Source: a virus (Duplodnaviria; Caudoviricetes). Taken from it: a DNA stretch of 64,000 nucleotides. The DNA lies in the IMG/VR virus record IMGVR_UViG_3300032030_000020, positions 32,001 through 96,000 of that record, one strand, 5' to 3'. Shown one piece after another: positions 45,301 to 57,700 of this stretch (its first letter is position 1; each line of letters opens with the position of its first letter). The position numbers and the translations under genes are program-made. The notes beneath the pieces are model-generated. The model had not been told where the DNA came from. It ran no database searches and worked only from the letters and a program-made list of their open reading frames with translations.

Positions 45301-47536
45301 GCAGACAATAGTAGTTGACTTTACTGAATTGGTTTGCAATACGTTTGTCGTCGGTGGAATTCCATTGTTTCCAAACGCCATTTTCTTTATGAAAGAACTC
45401 TTTGGTTTTGGTGTTTAGGAAATACTCTCCATCTTCACCTTCCGGTTCTGTCATCTGGCAATACGCTTTCTTCCATTTTCGGTCACCCATATATCCATAA
45501 CAGAAATACAGTTTTCCGATATCGTAATTGAACGGGTTGTAAAGATAACACCATCCATAACTATTCTCAATGGCAGAAATAGAAGTCGTAGGTGTGCCCG
45601 TATCTATTTCAAAATATGTTGGGTGTGTTTCTGTAACAGTTTTAGTAGAGTTGGTGAGTGTTTGTACGGCAGCTTCATCTTCTACTTGCTTGGCACCAAG
45701 ATATCCTGTCATGCTCTTTGTACACAAGAGATAGAACCTGTCCGTAGGCTGAAGTTCAGGAACGTCCCGATAGTCTATCCATAAAGTGAAATACTCCGGC
45801 TGTCCTTCGCTGATTCCGTACACGTAATCGTCGCAGATTTTTGTTTCTACACCGTCAATGGTTTCGTAGTGGTATCTTTCATCGATCTGATGAACATACG
45901 CCATTTCCCATGTTACAGGCTCGGTATCATGCACGATAAACAGCACGCTTCCAGCTCCAGAAACAGGGTCGCCGTTTTCTTTTAATTTGTTGACGGCGTG
46001 CCACGTAAAACGATTCCGTCTTGCTGCGTCGTAGTCCGTGCGATAGATAACATATGGTTCGTCATTATTCTGGATCATAGCTTTCCTTGCTTCCAATAAC
46101 TGAATGGCGGTTTCTTTGTCCGTCCTTTCCGATTCAGCAATCTCTTGGATTTCAGCATCAATGGCTTCGATCCTGTGAGAACTGTTTTGGGAAAGGTTCA
46201 CTCTCAGCACACCATTCTCAGCTCTTGCATAGGAAGTGATGTCAAGCTTGGCTAAGCCTGTCATAGACTCGGCCGTGATGCTGACTTCGTTTTCCTTTAA
46301 GGTAAAAGCCTTGGAAGCTTCTTCGGCCTTGATCAGAAACTCCGGCATGTTTCTCTGGAATTCTGCGATCTTCTGAAACATTTCTTCAGAAAGCAATCCT
46401 ACTTCGTCGAAGTAATCGAAGTCTAACAGGTAAGGGAAGTGGTTCTCTACCGCTTCTGGAATAACATCTGCCAATAGCATAGGAGATGATACGGGTTCAT
46501 TTGTTATTCGATAGGCATGATCGTGCCATACATAACTTCTGGAAGTCGGGTCCATATCTGACCAGATGTATTCTCCTGCTTCTCCGGCCGTGAAATAATG
46601 AGCAATATGGTCAATGTCGTAAAACTTGTATTCGATATTCGGTGTTTCGATATTGAACTTATACTCGTTATGTTTGACCTTCTGAAGACTGCATAGCCCG
46701 TCTGTTGTATCTCCATACGATCCGTAAGCATAAAGCTTGGAAACAAGGTTCTCTGTATTTAGTGTTCTGGAAATACCTTTGACGTTCTTGTCGTAATGCA
46801 GCTCAATAATATTGGTGCCTTGCTGCACGATAGATGGTATTTCTCCCGGCTCAAGACGAATAGGACGGCCTGCATAGATATGTCCGTCTTCCACTCTCAC
46901 TTCTCTTGCAAAGGGATTTAACGGGAGAATATCTACTGTCTTTGTATCTCCGTGAAAAATGGGCTTGGCTTCAAACAGTTCACACATCATGGTAATCAGT
47001 TTGAATGCACCTGTTTTTGCGGAAGCCTTCATGGATCTTACTTTCTCAGTAACGCCGTCGTCTTCATAAAAGGTTGCCACGTTACCAGGTGTCCATCCAG
47101 TACCTTCAAGAACGGTTGTCAGGATGCTCAAAGCCGTGCCGACGTTATTTCCTTCTTCGTCTGAGAACTCAAGGTCAAGATTCTTCATCTTTAACCTTTG
47201 AGAGATATGTCCGGCCGTAACGTTAATATCTTTGGAAAAAGCTTTATGTGTAATCTTTTCTCCAGACAAAACATACCAGTCTGTTTCGTAGTCGTCTTCA
47301 AATCGGATCTTGTAATCCGCAATCAGATACCGTAAGCGATAGTTTTCTTCTTCGCCGCTATCTCCGTGCATTACAGAAGGAACCGAAAAAGATAACTCTT
47401 TCCATCCGTTGCGCTCAGAAATCCGATGGACGTCATACGCTTGGCCGCTTACATCTGTTCTGTTGTCGTATAAATCGCATACGACCTTATCGTTGTAGTC
47501 ACATATAGCCAGCGTTAGTTTTCGCATCCTTCTCAC
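42302..47536 (-). CDS. Tal / minor tail structural protein (baseplate hub with spike extension)
   Basis: ELSF.VP, LEGTGWT.G, KN..GISRT...SKLY; ADVITTGTLRA; GTIGGW repeats; follows Dit. Confidence 0.85.
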   Translation of the reverse strand: MRRMRKLTLAICDYNDKVVCDLYDNRTDVSGQAYDVHRISERNGWKELSFSVPSVMHGDSGEEENYRLRYLIADYKIRFEDDYETDWYVLSGEKITHKAFSKDINVTAGHISQRLKMKNLDLEFSDEEGNNVGTALSILTTVLEGTGWTPGNVATFYEDDGVTEKVRSMKASAKTGAFKLITMMCELFEAKPIFHGDTKTVDILPLNPFAREVRVEDGHIYAGRPIRLEPGEIPSIVQQGTNIIELHYDKNVKGISRTLNTENLVSKLYAYGSYGDTTDGLCSLQKVKHNEYKFNIETPNIEYKFYDIDHIAHYFTAGEAGEYIWSDMDPTSRSYVWHDHAYRITNEPVSSPMLLADVIPEAVENHFPYLLDFDYFDEVGLLSEEMFQKIAEFQRNMPEFLIKAEEASKAFTLKENEVSITAESMTGLAKLDITSYARAENGVLRVNLSQNSSHRIEAIDAEIQEIAESERTDKETAIQLLEARKAMIQNNDEPYVIYRTDYDAARRNRFTWHAVNKLKENGDPVSGAGSVLFIVHDTEPVTWEMAYVHQIDERYHYETIDGVETKICDDYVYGISEGQPEYFTLWIDYRDVPELQPTDRFYLLCTKSMTGYLGAKQVEDEAAVQTLTNSTKTVTETHPTYFEIDTGTPTTSISAIENSYGWCYLYNPFNYDIGKLYFCYGYMGDRKWKKAYCQMTEPEGEDGEYFLNTKTKEFFHKENGVWKQWNSTDDKRIANQFSKVNYYCLRRDMLYKGLYEKYTVNTPIGEPGNYAIRTDFGFYWVFTTDRPNNIYPEPIRPLVDTTEYTVYQAEDVNSIVSVDTKPFDTVEYPSENLIAGINFATGTINNQGADETNKDWKRSYNISIYELTNYEFNLPEGSKIFIYDHHKELIGIYYTSEATSFRSPKHAYFLRIASPTLPESTHYVRVYNYNKLIYVDDKLYTVLEDIVPSGLLKGINFLTKQFADLTDEAYENYLPSLLAAQKVVNDKNNELSELLGDVYREGWWQNPDYVEGDEAKLYKDTLDNLMEIAKPEATYDVEFLDLYEAEDISEDNDAKWPDVQDTDAAHLIDPEINVNLWAYLDKVDKCYDKPWLTNITLNTNLSLIGQHSFTDVMSRIADIANQTKARQEIYERASTLGPKGEVVTQKLQGTIQLNANKLNSGATNWYTDDQGAMIFESADDMSAMKITGSGFGIASSKNSDGDWEWNNSMTGLGLTADVITTGTLRAKLIEAGAITADKLHSSVGQELEIGSNKALELFATIDGDRPAGSLLTTDALIEIKAGDNDNPAAINVLSGGVINMQAGSDFSLKSGGNFSIESGAELTIRSNNLNIYKGEDGQYHADFLGEIITDEGTIGGWTIKEGQLHSGASTSYVELNSDANQEYVIYAGSETYANAPFRLLKDGSLYASTGEFSGTITATDGKIGGWIIDSSGMHKGDMYIDAGSSESTDPVIHSGSYSGGSYDYQLQNDGTLIAKKLYIGDKSISEYTNGVIESKGYMLQADFDGFLVEYNSDYSAMDTKFSTKTRLFQDDGSVNMSAYTVNEFQDFITGAGISVSGDGTLSFAGTDKIRIDTDNFKLNANGDGKLVIATDNFSVNENEVSISAVSNFNIETGGTFSIGNGGENTSFEIQGDGKARIGKWYTDDSGLLTSEDGNTWLSAAGGLALSNTNGTVTLDPTGITLDNGKTYVGRAGYATFDSGVNTTTVNGGAVTCFSLLAQDTDSYAYIRNLFVWSETAEEYVQVIV

Positions 47537-47544
47537 TTCCTTCT

Positions 47545-48609
47545 TTACGTGTACGTTGGCTTAAATACAAAAGAAATATTGATATCCATTGTTTCGATAG
47601 GTTCAATATATAGCTCGTTCAGTTTCATAATCTGGGTTCTTTCTGTCCCTGAACCCGTCATTTTTCCTGAAACATAGATTGTTTGTCTGTTTATGCTTTC
47701 TATAATTCGATGCCAGCTTCCGTTGGCAAATATATATTCACCGACAATGTCGTCAGGAAAAAAGCCTTTCGTTGTCAGAACTGATCCATCTACGTAGGAA
47801 ACGTAAATGTTCCGCTTTGTAGGATACCCTGGCTCTAGATACAGAAACCCGCTTTCGTGATAAATGAACGCAAGTTCTGATTCTGAATCAGATTTTAATA
47901 ATGTTTTACCGTTCATGCTATTGACGTAGATCTTTTTATCAGCGTCGGTTGTTGTTACCTTAGAAAACGCTGTTAGCTTCATTTCCTGCCCTGTGTTAAG
48001 ATTCGTGATCTTTATTCCGGCTGAAGCGTCTCCGTCTACATATACGCCGACCGGAGTAAACTCTGTACCGGGGTTCCCAAGTAATGCACGAAATGCGCTT
48101 GTCTGATTTGCAAATGTGTTTGCGAGCAACATGTCCGCTCTTTCATATACTGCGGTATTCTGCATCATGTCTTCTCTGTATTTGTCGGTTCTTTCACGAT
48201 ACATAATATCGCTTATAGCAAACGGATAAGCGGCTTTTAAAACAATTGTAACGACGCCGTTTAAGTAGTTTGTAATTTGGGTGTCGTCTACTTTGATAAC
48301 AGTTGCGTTGTAATAACACCACGGCCGCCTGCTAAATATCAGCTTGCCTGTTCTACCGGGCTTAAAGATAGAGTGAATCTTATCTAGCATGCCACGGTCA
48401 ATCTGCTTTTCTTCAAAAAAACAGCGCAAACTGAACTCTTTCGGCTTCTTCCACGCACCGTAAATATATCCACCGTTGTGCCCTTCGAATGTTTCTTCGT
48501 GGACCTCTGATTCAGCCGGACGATAGATATAAGTATCCTGTAATTCTGGCGCATACTGCAAACCCAAACTAGATGCAGTTATTCCGCAGAATGCGAAATC
48601 ACATTTCAA
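47545..48609 (-). CDS. Distal tail protein (Dit)
   Basis: F.FCG..AS.LGL; GKLIF...PW.YY.A; A.YPFA; position between TMP and Tal. Confidence 0.8.
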   Translation of the reverse strand: MKCDFAFCGITASSLGLQYAPELQDTYIYRPAESEVHEETFEGHNGGYIYGAWKKPKEFSLRCFFEEKQIDRGMLDKIHSIFKPGRTGKLIFSRRPWCYYNATVIKVDDTQITNYLNGVVTIVLKAAYPFAISDIMYRERTDKYREDMMQNTAVYERADMLLANTFANQTSAFRALLGNPGTEFTPVGVYVDGDASAGIKITNLNTGQEMKLTAFSKVTTTDADKKIYVNSMNGKTLLKSDSESELAFIYHESGFLYLEPGYPTKRNIYVSYVDGSVLTTKGFFPDDIVGEYIFANGSWHRIIESINRQTIYVSGKMTGSGTERTQIMKLNELYIEPIETMDINISFVFKPTYT

Positions 48610-48697
48610 GTCACTTACCCCCTTTCTCTTTCCCTTTACGTATGTTTTCGAATGGTCAAGTTTTTAAATGACTATTAGTCACTTTTTAAATGACAAG

Positions 48698-48725
48698 GGG
48701 GAGGACGGCAAATCCCGTCCTCCCC
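48698..48725 (-). terminator. Hairpin after the TMP gene
   Basis: GGGGAGGACGG/CCGTCCTCCCC, 11-bp stem. Confidence 0.7.
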
Positions 48726-48731
48726 GTGCTT

Positions 48732-51700
48732 TTAACTCGCATAATTACTAAGATTAAATCCTTGTTTTGTAAGCTCTTTTGTAAATACCTGACCAACTCT
48801 TCTGGCAACATCTTCGAAGTCTGCGTCGCTCTTCAATTCAGCCTGATTAATCGTAACATGGACATCTCCAATGGTATTGGAGTTGTTGCCAATCAAATCG
48901 CTCGGCGGCATCAAAGGAGATGCTACATAGACATACCGAAGTGTGTCGGTAAGAGATTGAATCAATTTTGTATCAACTGAATCAAGGAACGCTTCAGGTT
49001 TGATCTTTGTTCCGTCCACCCAAGCAGGACCTGTAAAATCTACCAATCCACCTGTTGCATACTTCTTTTCAATCGTTAATCGTTCTGTTTGTCCTGTGTT
49101 GTGGTTTTTTACATTATAAGTCTTTGAAGTATCTGCTGTTACTGTTCCGCCGTCGCCAACGTGTGTTATGTCGCCTACGCCTACGCCTTTTTGATTAAGT
49201 ACTGATTCTAGATTTTCAAGATCTTGAGCGGAACCAATAGCGTAATCAGTAAGTTTACCGATGGTTTTACTTAAATTAGAATTAGCATTTCTGTTATCCG
49301 AGTATTCAACATCGCCGTTGTCATGCATATAGGCAACGAAAGCATAATCATTAGTTACAGACTCTCCAGCTTTAAACTTATTTTTGGTATTAGTGTATTC
49401 TTCTTTACCCATTCGTTGATAGCCTTCGATTTGCTGCTGTGTCCATGTCGGGTTATCTTTGCCAAAACTATTTTTCGCATCAACTTTTTCTCCGTTAACA
49501 GCTTGCGCCAACGCCCTTGCATCGTCTTGAGACATGGCGAGAGGACTGCTAGGATCAACAGGTTGTGCGATGTATTTATTAGCAGCGGGGTCCCAGACTG
49601 CGCCCCAGGCGTAAGAATACATCATACCCGTAGCTGTACCCGTATTACTATTGGTTTTAGCTTTTCCTGCGGCAGATTTCGAACCGCTTGTTTTTCCAGA
49701 ACTGCCGGATGTTGTCGTCGAAGACCCGGTAGCAGAGCCTGTAAGCCCAGCGATTGTTAATCCGTTTGCGCTCAGGAATGCATCTGCTCCTTCGGGATGT
49801 AAAGAATTAAATTCATCGCTGCCGAGAATACCTTCAACAATCTTGTTTTTGTCTCCAAGGTTTAACCATGTAGACATACCTGTTGCGTCAGCATCTCTAC
49901 CAAGAAGCGTATTGTACATCCCGTTGATAAACGACTCCATACTTCCGGCTTTCAGCGCGGCGTCTACATCAGTTAGTTTTTTGTCGACATACCGTTCAAA
50001 GTTGGAAATCTCATTCTTCATCGAAACGGTGACTCCGGTAACCGCAGAAAGATATGTGTCTATCTTTCCAGAATAACCCGAAACCGCAGAAAGATATGTG
50101 TCTACATTTCCAGAATAACCCGAAACCGCAGAAAGATATGTGTCTACATTTCCAGAATAACCCGAAACTAATGCGGCGTACTCGTTAATCTCCTTTGCGT
50201 ATGTATCCATTGTGCCACCGGGTTTTACAAACTCATTAAGTAGGCTGGTCAGATCTTTCTCTGCTCCGGTAAGCCCTTCTATCGCTGTCGTTTGCGTTCC
50301 TTCAGCTCCCCAGATCCCTTCAATCTTATCCTTAAGCTCGCCAAGGGCGGTTGTCAGGCTTTGCGAATCTGTAGAGTACTGTTTGGATGCGTCATCAATG
50401 GTTTTCTTTTCGGCTTCCTCAATCTTGTATTCTTCTACAAGTTTGCGATCAATATTGTCATTGAGATCAAACGCAGCGTTTCCTGTGATCGTTTCGAGAT
50501 CGCCGGCAAGCAATTTAGAAGTATCGCTAATTTCTCTGGATGCTTGAGATGCTGTATTGGAAACATTTTCAGCAAGCTCACCGGTTCTTTCTCCGACGGC
50601 CGTCGACATATCATTCAGCATCTCAGACTCGGTATCTAAGTTCGAAGTCATATTGTCGTAAAGATTCATGACCGTTGCTTTCGTGTCCGCGTCCAAAGTG
50701 TTTACGAAGTTTTCAAGTGTCGTACGGTTCTCCTGTAAGGAAGCGAGCGTGTTTTCAAACTCTTTTGTGCCTTCTTCGCCGATGGCAATAGTCAGATCGT
50801 TTAACGAATCTGTCGCAATATCCTTCATTAAGTTAATCGCTTGAGACGTGTTTGCAAACGAGTCGTTGACCTGAGTTGTCAACTCTTCAATAAACATCTC
50901 GTTCAACGCTTGTTTGCGCGCCGTTTCTTTTTCGATCTGGAAACCAAGTTCGTTAATCTCGTTTGTTGTGGTAATATAGTCTTCTGTTCCTTTGTCCATG
51001 CCCGCAACAGAAGCCAAAAGTTTATCTCTTTCAGCTGTTTTGCTTTCGATTGTGCTCTGAGAACCAAGGATCTCCCCGTACAGTTTTGAATCCTTTGCGT
51101 TCTTTAAGGAATCGATAAATCCGGTTGTAGCACTTGTGTTATTTTCAACAAACTGCGTTACAGCTTCCATCCACAACGAGTTGTCTGTCAGACCTAAGTA
51201 AGGAGATCCATCGCTAAACGTATTAGGTGCAATGTTTGGATCATGTTCAAAAGTAGAAGGAACTATCTTAGAACCGCCTTCAACCTTGTTGTTCAGAAGA
51301 TCAATCCACCATTCTGGAAGCTCTTCTAGGATTCTTCTAAACACAAAATCATCAAAGTGCTCGTAATCTGCATTATCAAGCTCGCCTTTTCTCATCTTTT
51401 CGTAAGCATCCAAGATGTTCTGAATATAGAGCTCTTGACCAGACTCAGAAAGATTTTTGTATTCCGTGCTTTCTGTCATGTAGCCAAGCAGAGAATCCGC
51501 AGACTGCATGATTTCGTTAATCTGTTCGAAGTAAGTATCGACAATGCCCTTCATCTGCTTCCAAGTGTCTTCCCAGGAATTGGTCATTTCCATACGGGTT
51601 GCGTCAAGACTGTTCTTGTAAGTCTCGTCGTTTACTTTGACCCATTCCATAAGATCTTCAAAAGAACCGCTGAGTAAAATATCAATGGTTTCTTTGAAGT

Positions 51701-54700
51701 TGTTGGCATCTTCAAGGTATTCGTCCAGCTTTTCTCTTTGATAATCAAGGTTATCGTCAATGGATTTAATCTGATCGTCAAGCATTTCAGCCTGAGCATT
51801 TGCTTCGTCTTCTGCTAAAGACAACGCCCTGTTCTGCTGCAGTTCCTGAATCCGTTTACGGAGTTCTTTTGCTTCCTTGGTTCTGGAACTGTCTGCAGAG
51901 ATAAGCGCTAATTGCCGCTGAAGTTCTGCCAGTTCTTCAGTCTGACGTTCTTCTTCAAGGGCTTTCTTCCGCATTTGAAGCCGTTCGTTAATCAATCCCT
52001 TTTCTTCGTTCAGCGCTTCTTTTTGCTTGTTGAGATCTCTCTCGTATAACTCAAAACGATTCCGATAAGAATTCCTGAGAATTTCGAGAATCTGGTTCTG
52101 GTTCGAAGTTGTACCTGCCAGCATATCTCTTTCTTCTTGAATTCTTTTTCTGATCTCTTCATCCACCATGTCTTCCACGGCTTTGCGGTTTTCAAGAATC
52201 TGCTTCCTGTTTTCCGACATCGCCTTGGTGTTGCTCTCAACAGTGTTGGTTGTTTCTTCGAGTTCCTTCTCGTACTTCATAATTGCCGAAGCAATTCTCC
52301 AGTACTCGTCTCCGCCTTCCGCTACGGTTGTAAGCTCGGCTTCGAGCTCTTCGATGAACAACCTTAAGGTATCAGCGCGGGTTTCCTGAATCTCATTTTC
52401 GCTGGCAAGGATTGTATTGACATTAGTCAATTCATCCCTGTTCTGATACCGTGTTCTTACGGTTGTGTACATGTCTGCGCGATGGTTCTGCATCTCATCC
52501 ACTCTGGACATGCGTTCGAGCATTTCATCAATTTCCATGCTCTTGATCTGCTTGTCGAGTTTGATGAGTTCATAGTCCATTTCCGCAACAGACATTGCAG
52601 AGTCATAGATCTGTTTTTCGAGTTTTTCGAAAGCGTCTGTGTTCTCCGGGGTTGTCTTAGCCAACTCTCGAAGTGTATCAATTTCACTGATTTCATATTC
52701 TTGTTTTGCTTTAATCGCTTCTTTTTGTCTCTCTATTGCTTTGGTATACATCTCGCTGTCTTTGTTCTCAGAATAATACTGAGACAGCATGGACGCTACC
52801 TTAATCTCACGGTCGAAGCTGTCGATCATCTTCTGCCGTGCCTTTAGCGTGGAATCTACTTTGGAATTTGCAATGTCAATCAACGCCTGAATATCATCAG
52901 CTTCAAGCCGGACGTATTCATTCTGACGTGTATAAATCTCCTGTACAACTCTGTCGTACTGAGATGTTCCCCTTGTATTTTCAAGCTCTGCCTGCAGAGA
53001 TTCTATCTCTTTCTGAATTGCTTCACGAACAGGCTTTCTGTCTTCCATCTGCGTTTCCAGCATGTTCTGATACAAGTCGTAGAACATGGTACTGTTATAC
53101 ATTCCCGCATAGATACCGGCCTTTTCAATGTTGTGTAACGGCCCGCGAGAAGCATCTTCGTAGGTCTTTACAATTTCATCGATAACGGCTTTTTTGATAG
53201 CTTCAGCCGCTTCTTCCATAGAGATCTTGAGCTTCTGAAGTGCAGCCTGATATTCGTACAGGCGCTGTGTAGCTTCCTGCCATTCAGGAGAACCTTCTTC
53301 CAGTCCGGCGATCTGCTTTTTAAGCTCCTTAATTGCTTCTTCGTAAACGGGAACCATTTGCTGAGAAGCTTGTAACTGCTGATTTAACGCGCCCCTTTGC
53401 GCCGCATAGTTGCCAATCGAACCGTAGCGAGACGCCCATTGCCCGTAAACATCGTTCAGGAAGTTTGGACGAAGCGTGCCAAGGTTGACATTCATCGCCG
53501 TCTCATCAAGATACGACTTGTTTATGGCCCGTTCATTGGATTCCATTGTGGCCTGAAGGCTTGCGTTGTTGGTAATCAGCTGATACAGCCTCTGAATCGC
53601 TGCAGACTGTTGTTGCGGATCAGTAATCTCTCTGTTTTGAAGCTGCTGTGTAAGCGTATCGATTTCAATTTTGTTGTTTCGATACGTTGTACGGTTTGCG
53701 TCATTCCCGGCTTTTAACATGCCACGATAACCTTCCCAGTCTCCTGCCTGCTGCGACATAGACGCATAGGTGTTAGCTAACTGAGCGTTCGTTGTGGATG
53801 CAAGGTTTGCACGGGTTGTAGCAAGATCAAGCTGAGCCATACGGTTGGCTTCGATTGCTTTGGTGTTCTCTTCGATGGCTTTTGTGTCGCTGAGAATCGC
53901 AATCTCTTCTTTGTTAATCTCATCGATGGTTTGCCTAAGAAGCTTTGGATTATCTCTGTATTCATCTAATTCTTCTTTGAGTGCTTCGATATGCTTTTTA
54001 CGGGCTTCGATGCTCTTGTTTAATTGAACTTCGTTATTGCCGAGAAGCCTACGATAGTTCTCAAAGTCTTCGCGGTTAAGATAGATTGCTCCAGCCGCCT
54101 GATTGACAGCCATTGCCTGATCGATCCACCGCCTGGTATCGTTATTGTCTTCAGTAATCTTGGTATGCCTTGCCGCTTCTTCGTTGAAGCGATCCTGAAT
54201 TGCGGCAGAGACTTCGTCCGAATACTGTTTGATAATATTCTGATACTCTTTAATCGCTTTATCTTTAACTTCTTCGGATATCCAAGGATTATCTTCATCG
54301 TGCGACATGATTTCTTCGTAGAGCTCATTGGCAGCATCTCTCAGTGTCGCAATAGTAGTTGCTCTCTGTGCGTAGCTTGTTGCATAAGCTTCGGCTTGAA
54401 GATCGTACTCGCTTGTCTTGCCATATGTTCCGGCGTAAGAGTTTGCGAGGTTGATGCTTCCGTTGGCCGCACGGTTCCTTTCATTGATATCAAACAGTAC
54501 TTTCTGCCTTGTAATATCCTGATACTCAGAGATCTTATCGAAGATTTCCTTTGCTTTTTGAGCGTCGGATTTCATCAGCTCGGCAAGATTCTGATATGCA
54601 TCCATATAGGACTCGACTTCCGTGAAGAAAGCTTCGCCCATTTCATCTGTGACATACTGAATCATACTGCCGAATTCAGAAGAAGTCTTGTCAATATCAG

Positions 54701-57700
54701 CATTGATGGAGTCAATGTTGGCATTGGTCGCTTCAATGCTTGCGGCGAGATCAGATTCCTGAGAAGCAAGAGTTTCAAGCTGCCCATTGTACTCTTCCAT
54801 CGCGGCTTCGTAATCGGCTCTGGCTTGTTCTTCCGCCTGAACCTGAGCAACGTTCACCGTCTCGGTAGCCGCAACTTCTGTCTTTGTGGTAGCTTCAATT
54901 TCATCAAGTTGTTCCTTGAGCTTATCATATTGTTCCTGCATTGAAGACAAACGCTTTTTGTTTGCTTCTTCCTGTGCTTTTTTAAGAGCTGGGCCAAGAC
55001 TGCCTGCGACATCTTCTACGGTCGGAACATGAATATTTTCGCCACCGGGCTGCTTTGACTGAGCCGTTAACTGTCTGACAGTTGCTCTGGCTGTTCCCCA
55101 TAAATCAAATTGCACACCTTTGCCGTTCATTGCGGCTTCGAGCTGATGAAGCTGGTTTTGAAGTGTTTTTCTTCTTGCTGCTTCTTCCTTGGTAAGCTCT
55201 CTGCCAACGGTACGTACTTCTCCGGTTTCACGCTCTTCGTAGACGGGTTCAACATCAGGTACGATCATTTGCGGCGGATTCGCCAATAAGTCAGCACGTT
55301 GTTTATCGATCTCATTTTGTCTGCGTTGGTATTCCAGAAGCTTTGCATATTCAGCGTCTCGTTGGGCGTTGAGTTCTGCCAAACGAGCATCTCTTTCAGC
55401 TTCCAGACGGGATTGCTTTTCACGTAAAGGATCACCGGTTTCGGGAAGTTCTCCCTTGGTGTGCGTCATTCTGTCGTAAAGCTGTTGAGCCGCTTCGCTG
55501 TCGAGCTCTTTTGTCTGTTTCGCCGCGTCAATCTGAATCTGCAACGCTTTTCTATAATCGTCCCATTGGCCGTTGCGCTTATACATGTCGCCATAAGATC
55601 CGGCGATAGAAGAATAAGTTTCCGGCGCAATGGATTGGCGTTCAGCATTTAGCTTAATCTGCTCGGTGATATTCTTCTGCATAGCGATGGTGTTATCGCG
55701 AATTGCTTTTGTATAATCAATCTCCTGTTGTTCTGCCTGATACAAGGCGTCTGCAATTTCACGATATCCCGGATCAGCTTCATCCATCGTAGCAAGTTGC
55801 TCTTTCAATTGAGCAACTTGTACAGCGGTAGATTCACGTAAAGACTCGGTTAACTTGATGGCATCGCGCATAGAGCTGCGGTACTTCTCAAACTCTTCTC
55901 CGGTCTTGAAGTATTCCGCAATAGATACAGCACTCTCTGAATAAGCCTTCGCTGCTCTTGTAGCATCTTCATAACCTTTGGTAACTTCGTTAACGAAAGA
56001 CTCCGCAATTGTGCGTTGATTTTCGATTAACTGAATTTGCAGCTTATCGATTTCTTCCGCGTTGGAAATGTAAGATTCAAGAGCTTCGCTCCAGCCGTCA
56101 GGATCGGAAGCTTTCAATTCTGCGTCATTCACACGTGCAAAGAACTTGTCTGCTTCTGCAACCTTAGCAGCAAGCTGTTCTTCGATAAATGCGTTGTCGT
56201 CTCGCAGGAACTGCCGCTGAAGAGCGTAGTTCTCCTGTGCTTCCGCAAGGGATGCGCCAGACTGTGCGAGCCTGCTGTTGCCGCTTGGGATTTCGGTTGC
56301 ACGTCTCAGTTCGGTTTGAAGGATCTCATTCTCAAGAGCGTTAAGATCTCTGACTTCCTGAATGATCTCCGATTCCAAGTTGAATTGCTCAGCTTCGATA
56401 TCGGCAATCTTGTTCATGATGTCAATAGCGTTCTGAGAGTTCGGGCCTTCTTCCTTCTGGATGCGGTCAAGTTCGTTTCTCCATTCGTTTAACTGCGGAA
56501 CGTTCTGAGCAAAAGATTCACGCCGCAAGTTAACCAATTCAGCAACTCTTGCACGATGGGTGTCGTAGTCTTCGATTAATGCGCTATAATCTTTTTCTGC
56601 GGTTGCAACAGTTTTTCTGCGGTCCTGTGAAGAGTCTGCAACGTCCTGTTGCTGCTGAATGAAATCTAATCTCTGTTTGTTTAATTCGATGATCTGGTTT
56701 GTGAGTTCTTCAAGGGCTTCTTTGTAGCCGTTGATAGCATCAGTTAATGACCAGTAATCGTCTTTTGTTTCACTCATTCCTGCGCGCTGGGCTTCAAGAG
56801 CTTCAATATTTTGACGATAGACGGCCGCCATCTGTGAATAATTCTGACGCTGTGATTCAAACGCGGAGTTAAATTCAACACGGTCGTTAACAGACTCTGC
56901 ATGCTTGAGTTTAGTATCGTATATCTTTTGGAGATGCTCGAGTTCAGTTAAAGCATGCTTTGCATCTTCGATGGCTTTCTGGGCTTTGGACTTACCACCG
57001 CCGCCACCGCCGCCACCGCCGCTGGCACCGTCTCCACCGCCCCCGTTAGGAGAGAAACTCCAAGAAACGTTGACGATGTTTCCGTCTCCGTCGACTGTGG
57101 CTGTTGCAGTACCACCAGATGCAAGTGCTTCTTCGATCAGCTGTTTGGTTTGTTCGTCCATTTTGCTTCCAAATTCGCTGAGAAGAGCTTCTCCGTTGTA
57201 AGTTACTTCACCGTTTTCAACGGTAATGCCGGGTCCTTCAATCGTTATGTCTTCAAGATTATCACTATAGCTTTGAACTTGTTTTTGAATCGCGTCTTGA
57301 AGTTCGGTATCCGACATAATAATACCCAGGCCAATATCTTGCGCTTCAGTAGAATACTTTTGTGACTCTTTTTCCAGAGCCGCGTAAATCTCATCTACGG
57401 CTTCTGCGTTACCTTTTTTAGCATCTTCGATTTTCTTCTTGGAGAAATTAAGACTTTCAAACAGGCTTTCATCTTCTTTTGAGACCTTTTTCCCTTGAAG
57501 CCTTGCCATCGCGTTTTGGTACTTATTTGCATCTGCAATGGCTTTGCGATACTGAGTCATCAAATCAGTGCGCTCTTCAAATGTACCTTTTGATTTTCTC
57601 ATTGCGTCAGTAATTCGTTTTGTTGAATCACCAAATTTGTTTTGTGCGTCAAGGGCATCTGCTAAGGCGTTGACTCTAAACCGCTCAAGCGCTTCTCCGT

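Noticed and set aside
50041-50168. CRISPR array
   Set aside because: Repeats are contiguous without spacers and in frame within TMP; no cas operon is present, and the Cas4-like gene is a typical stand-alone phage nuclease
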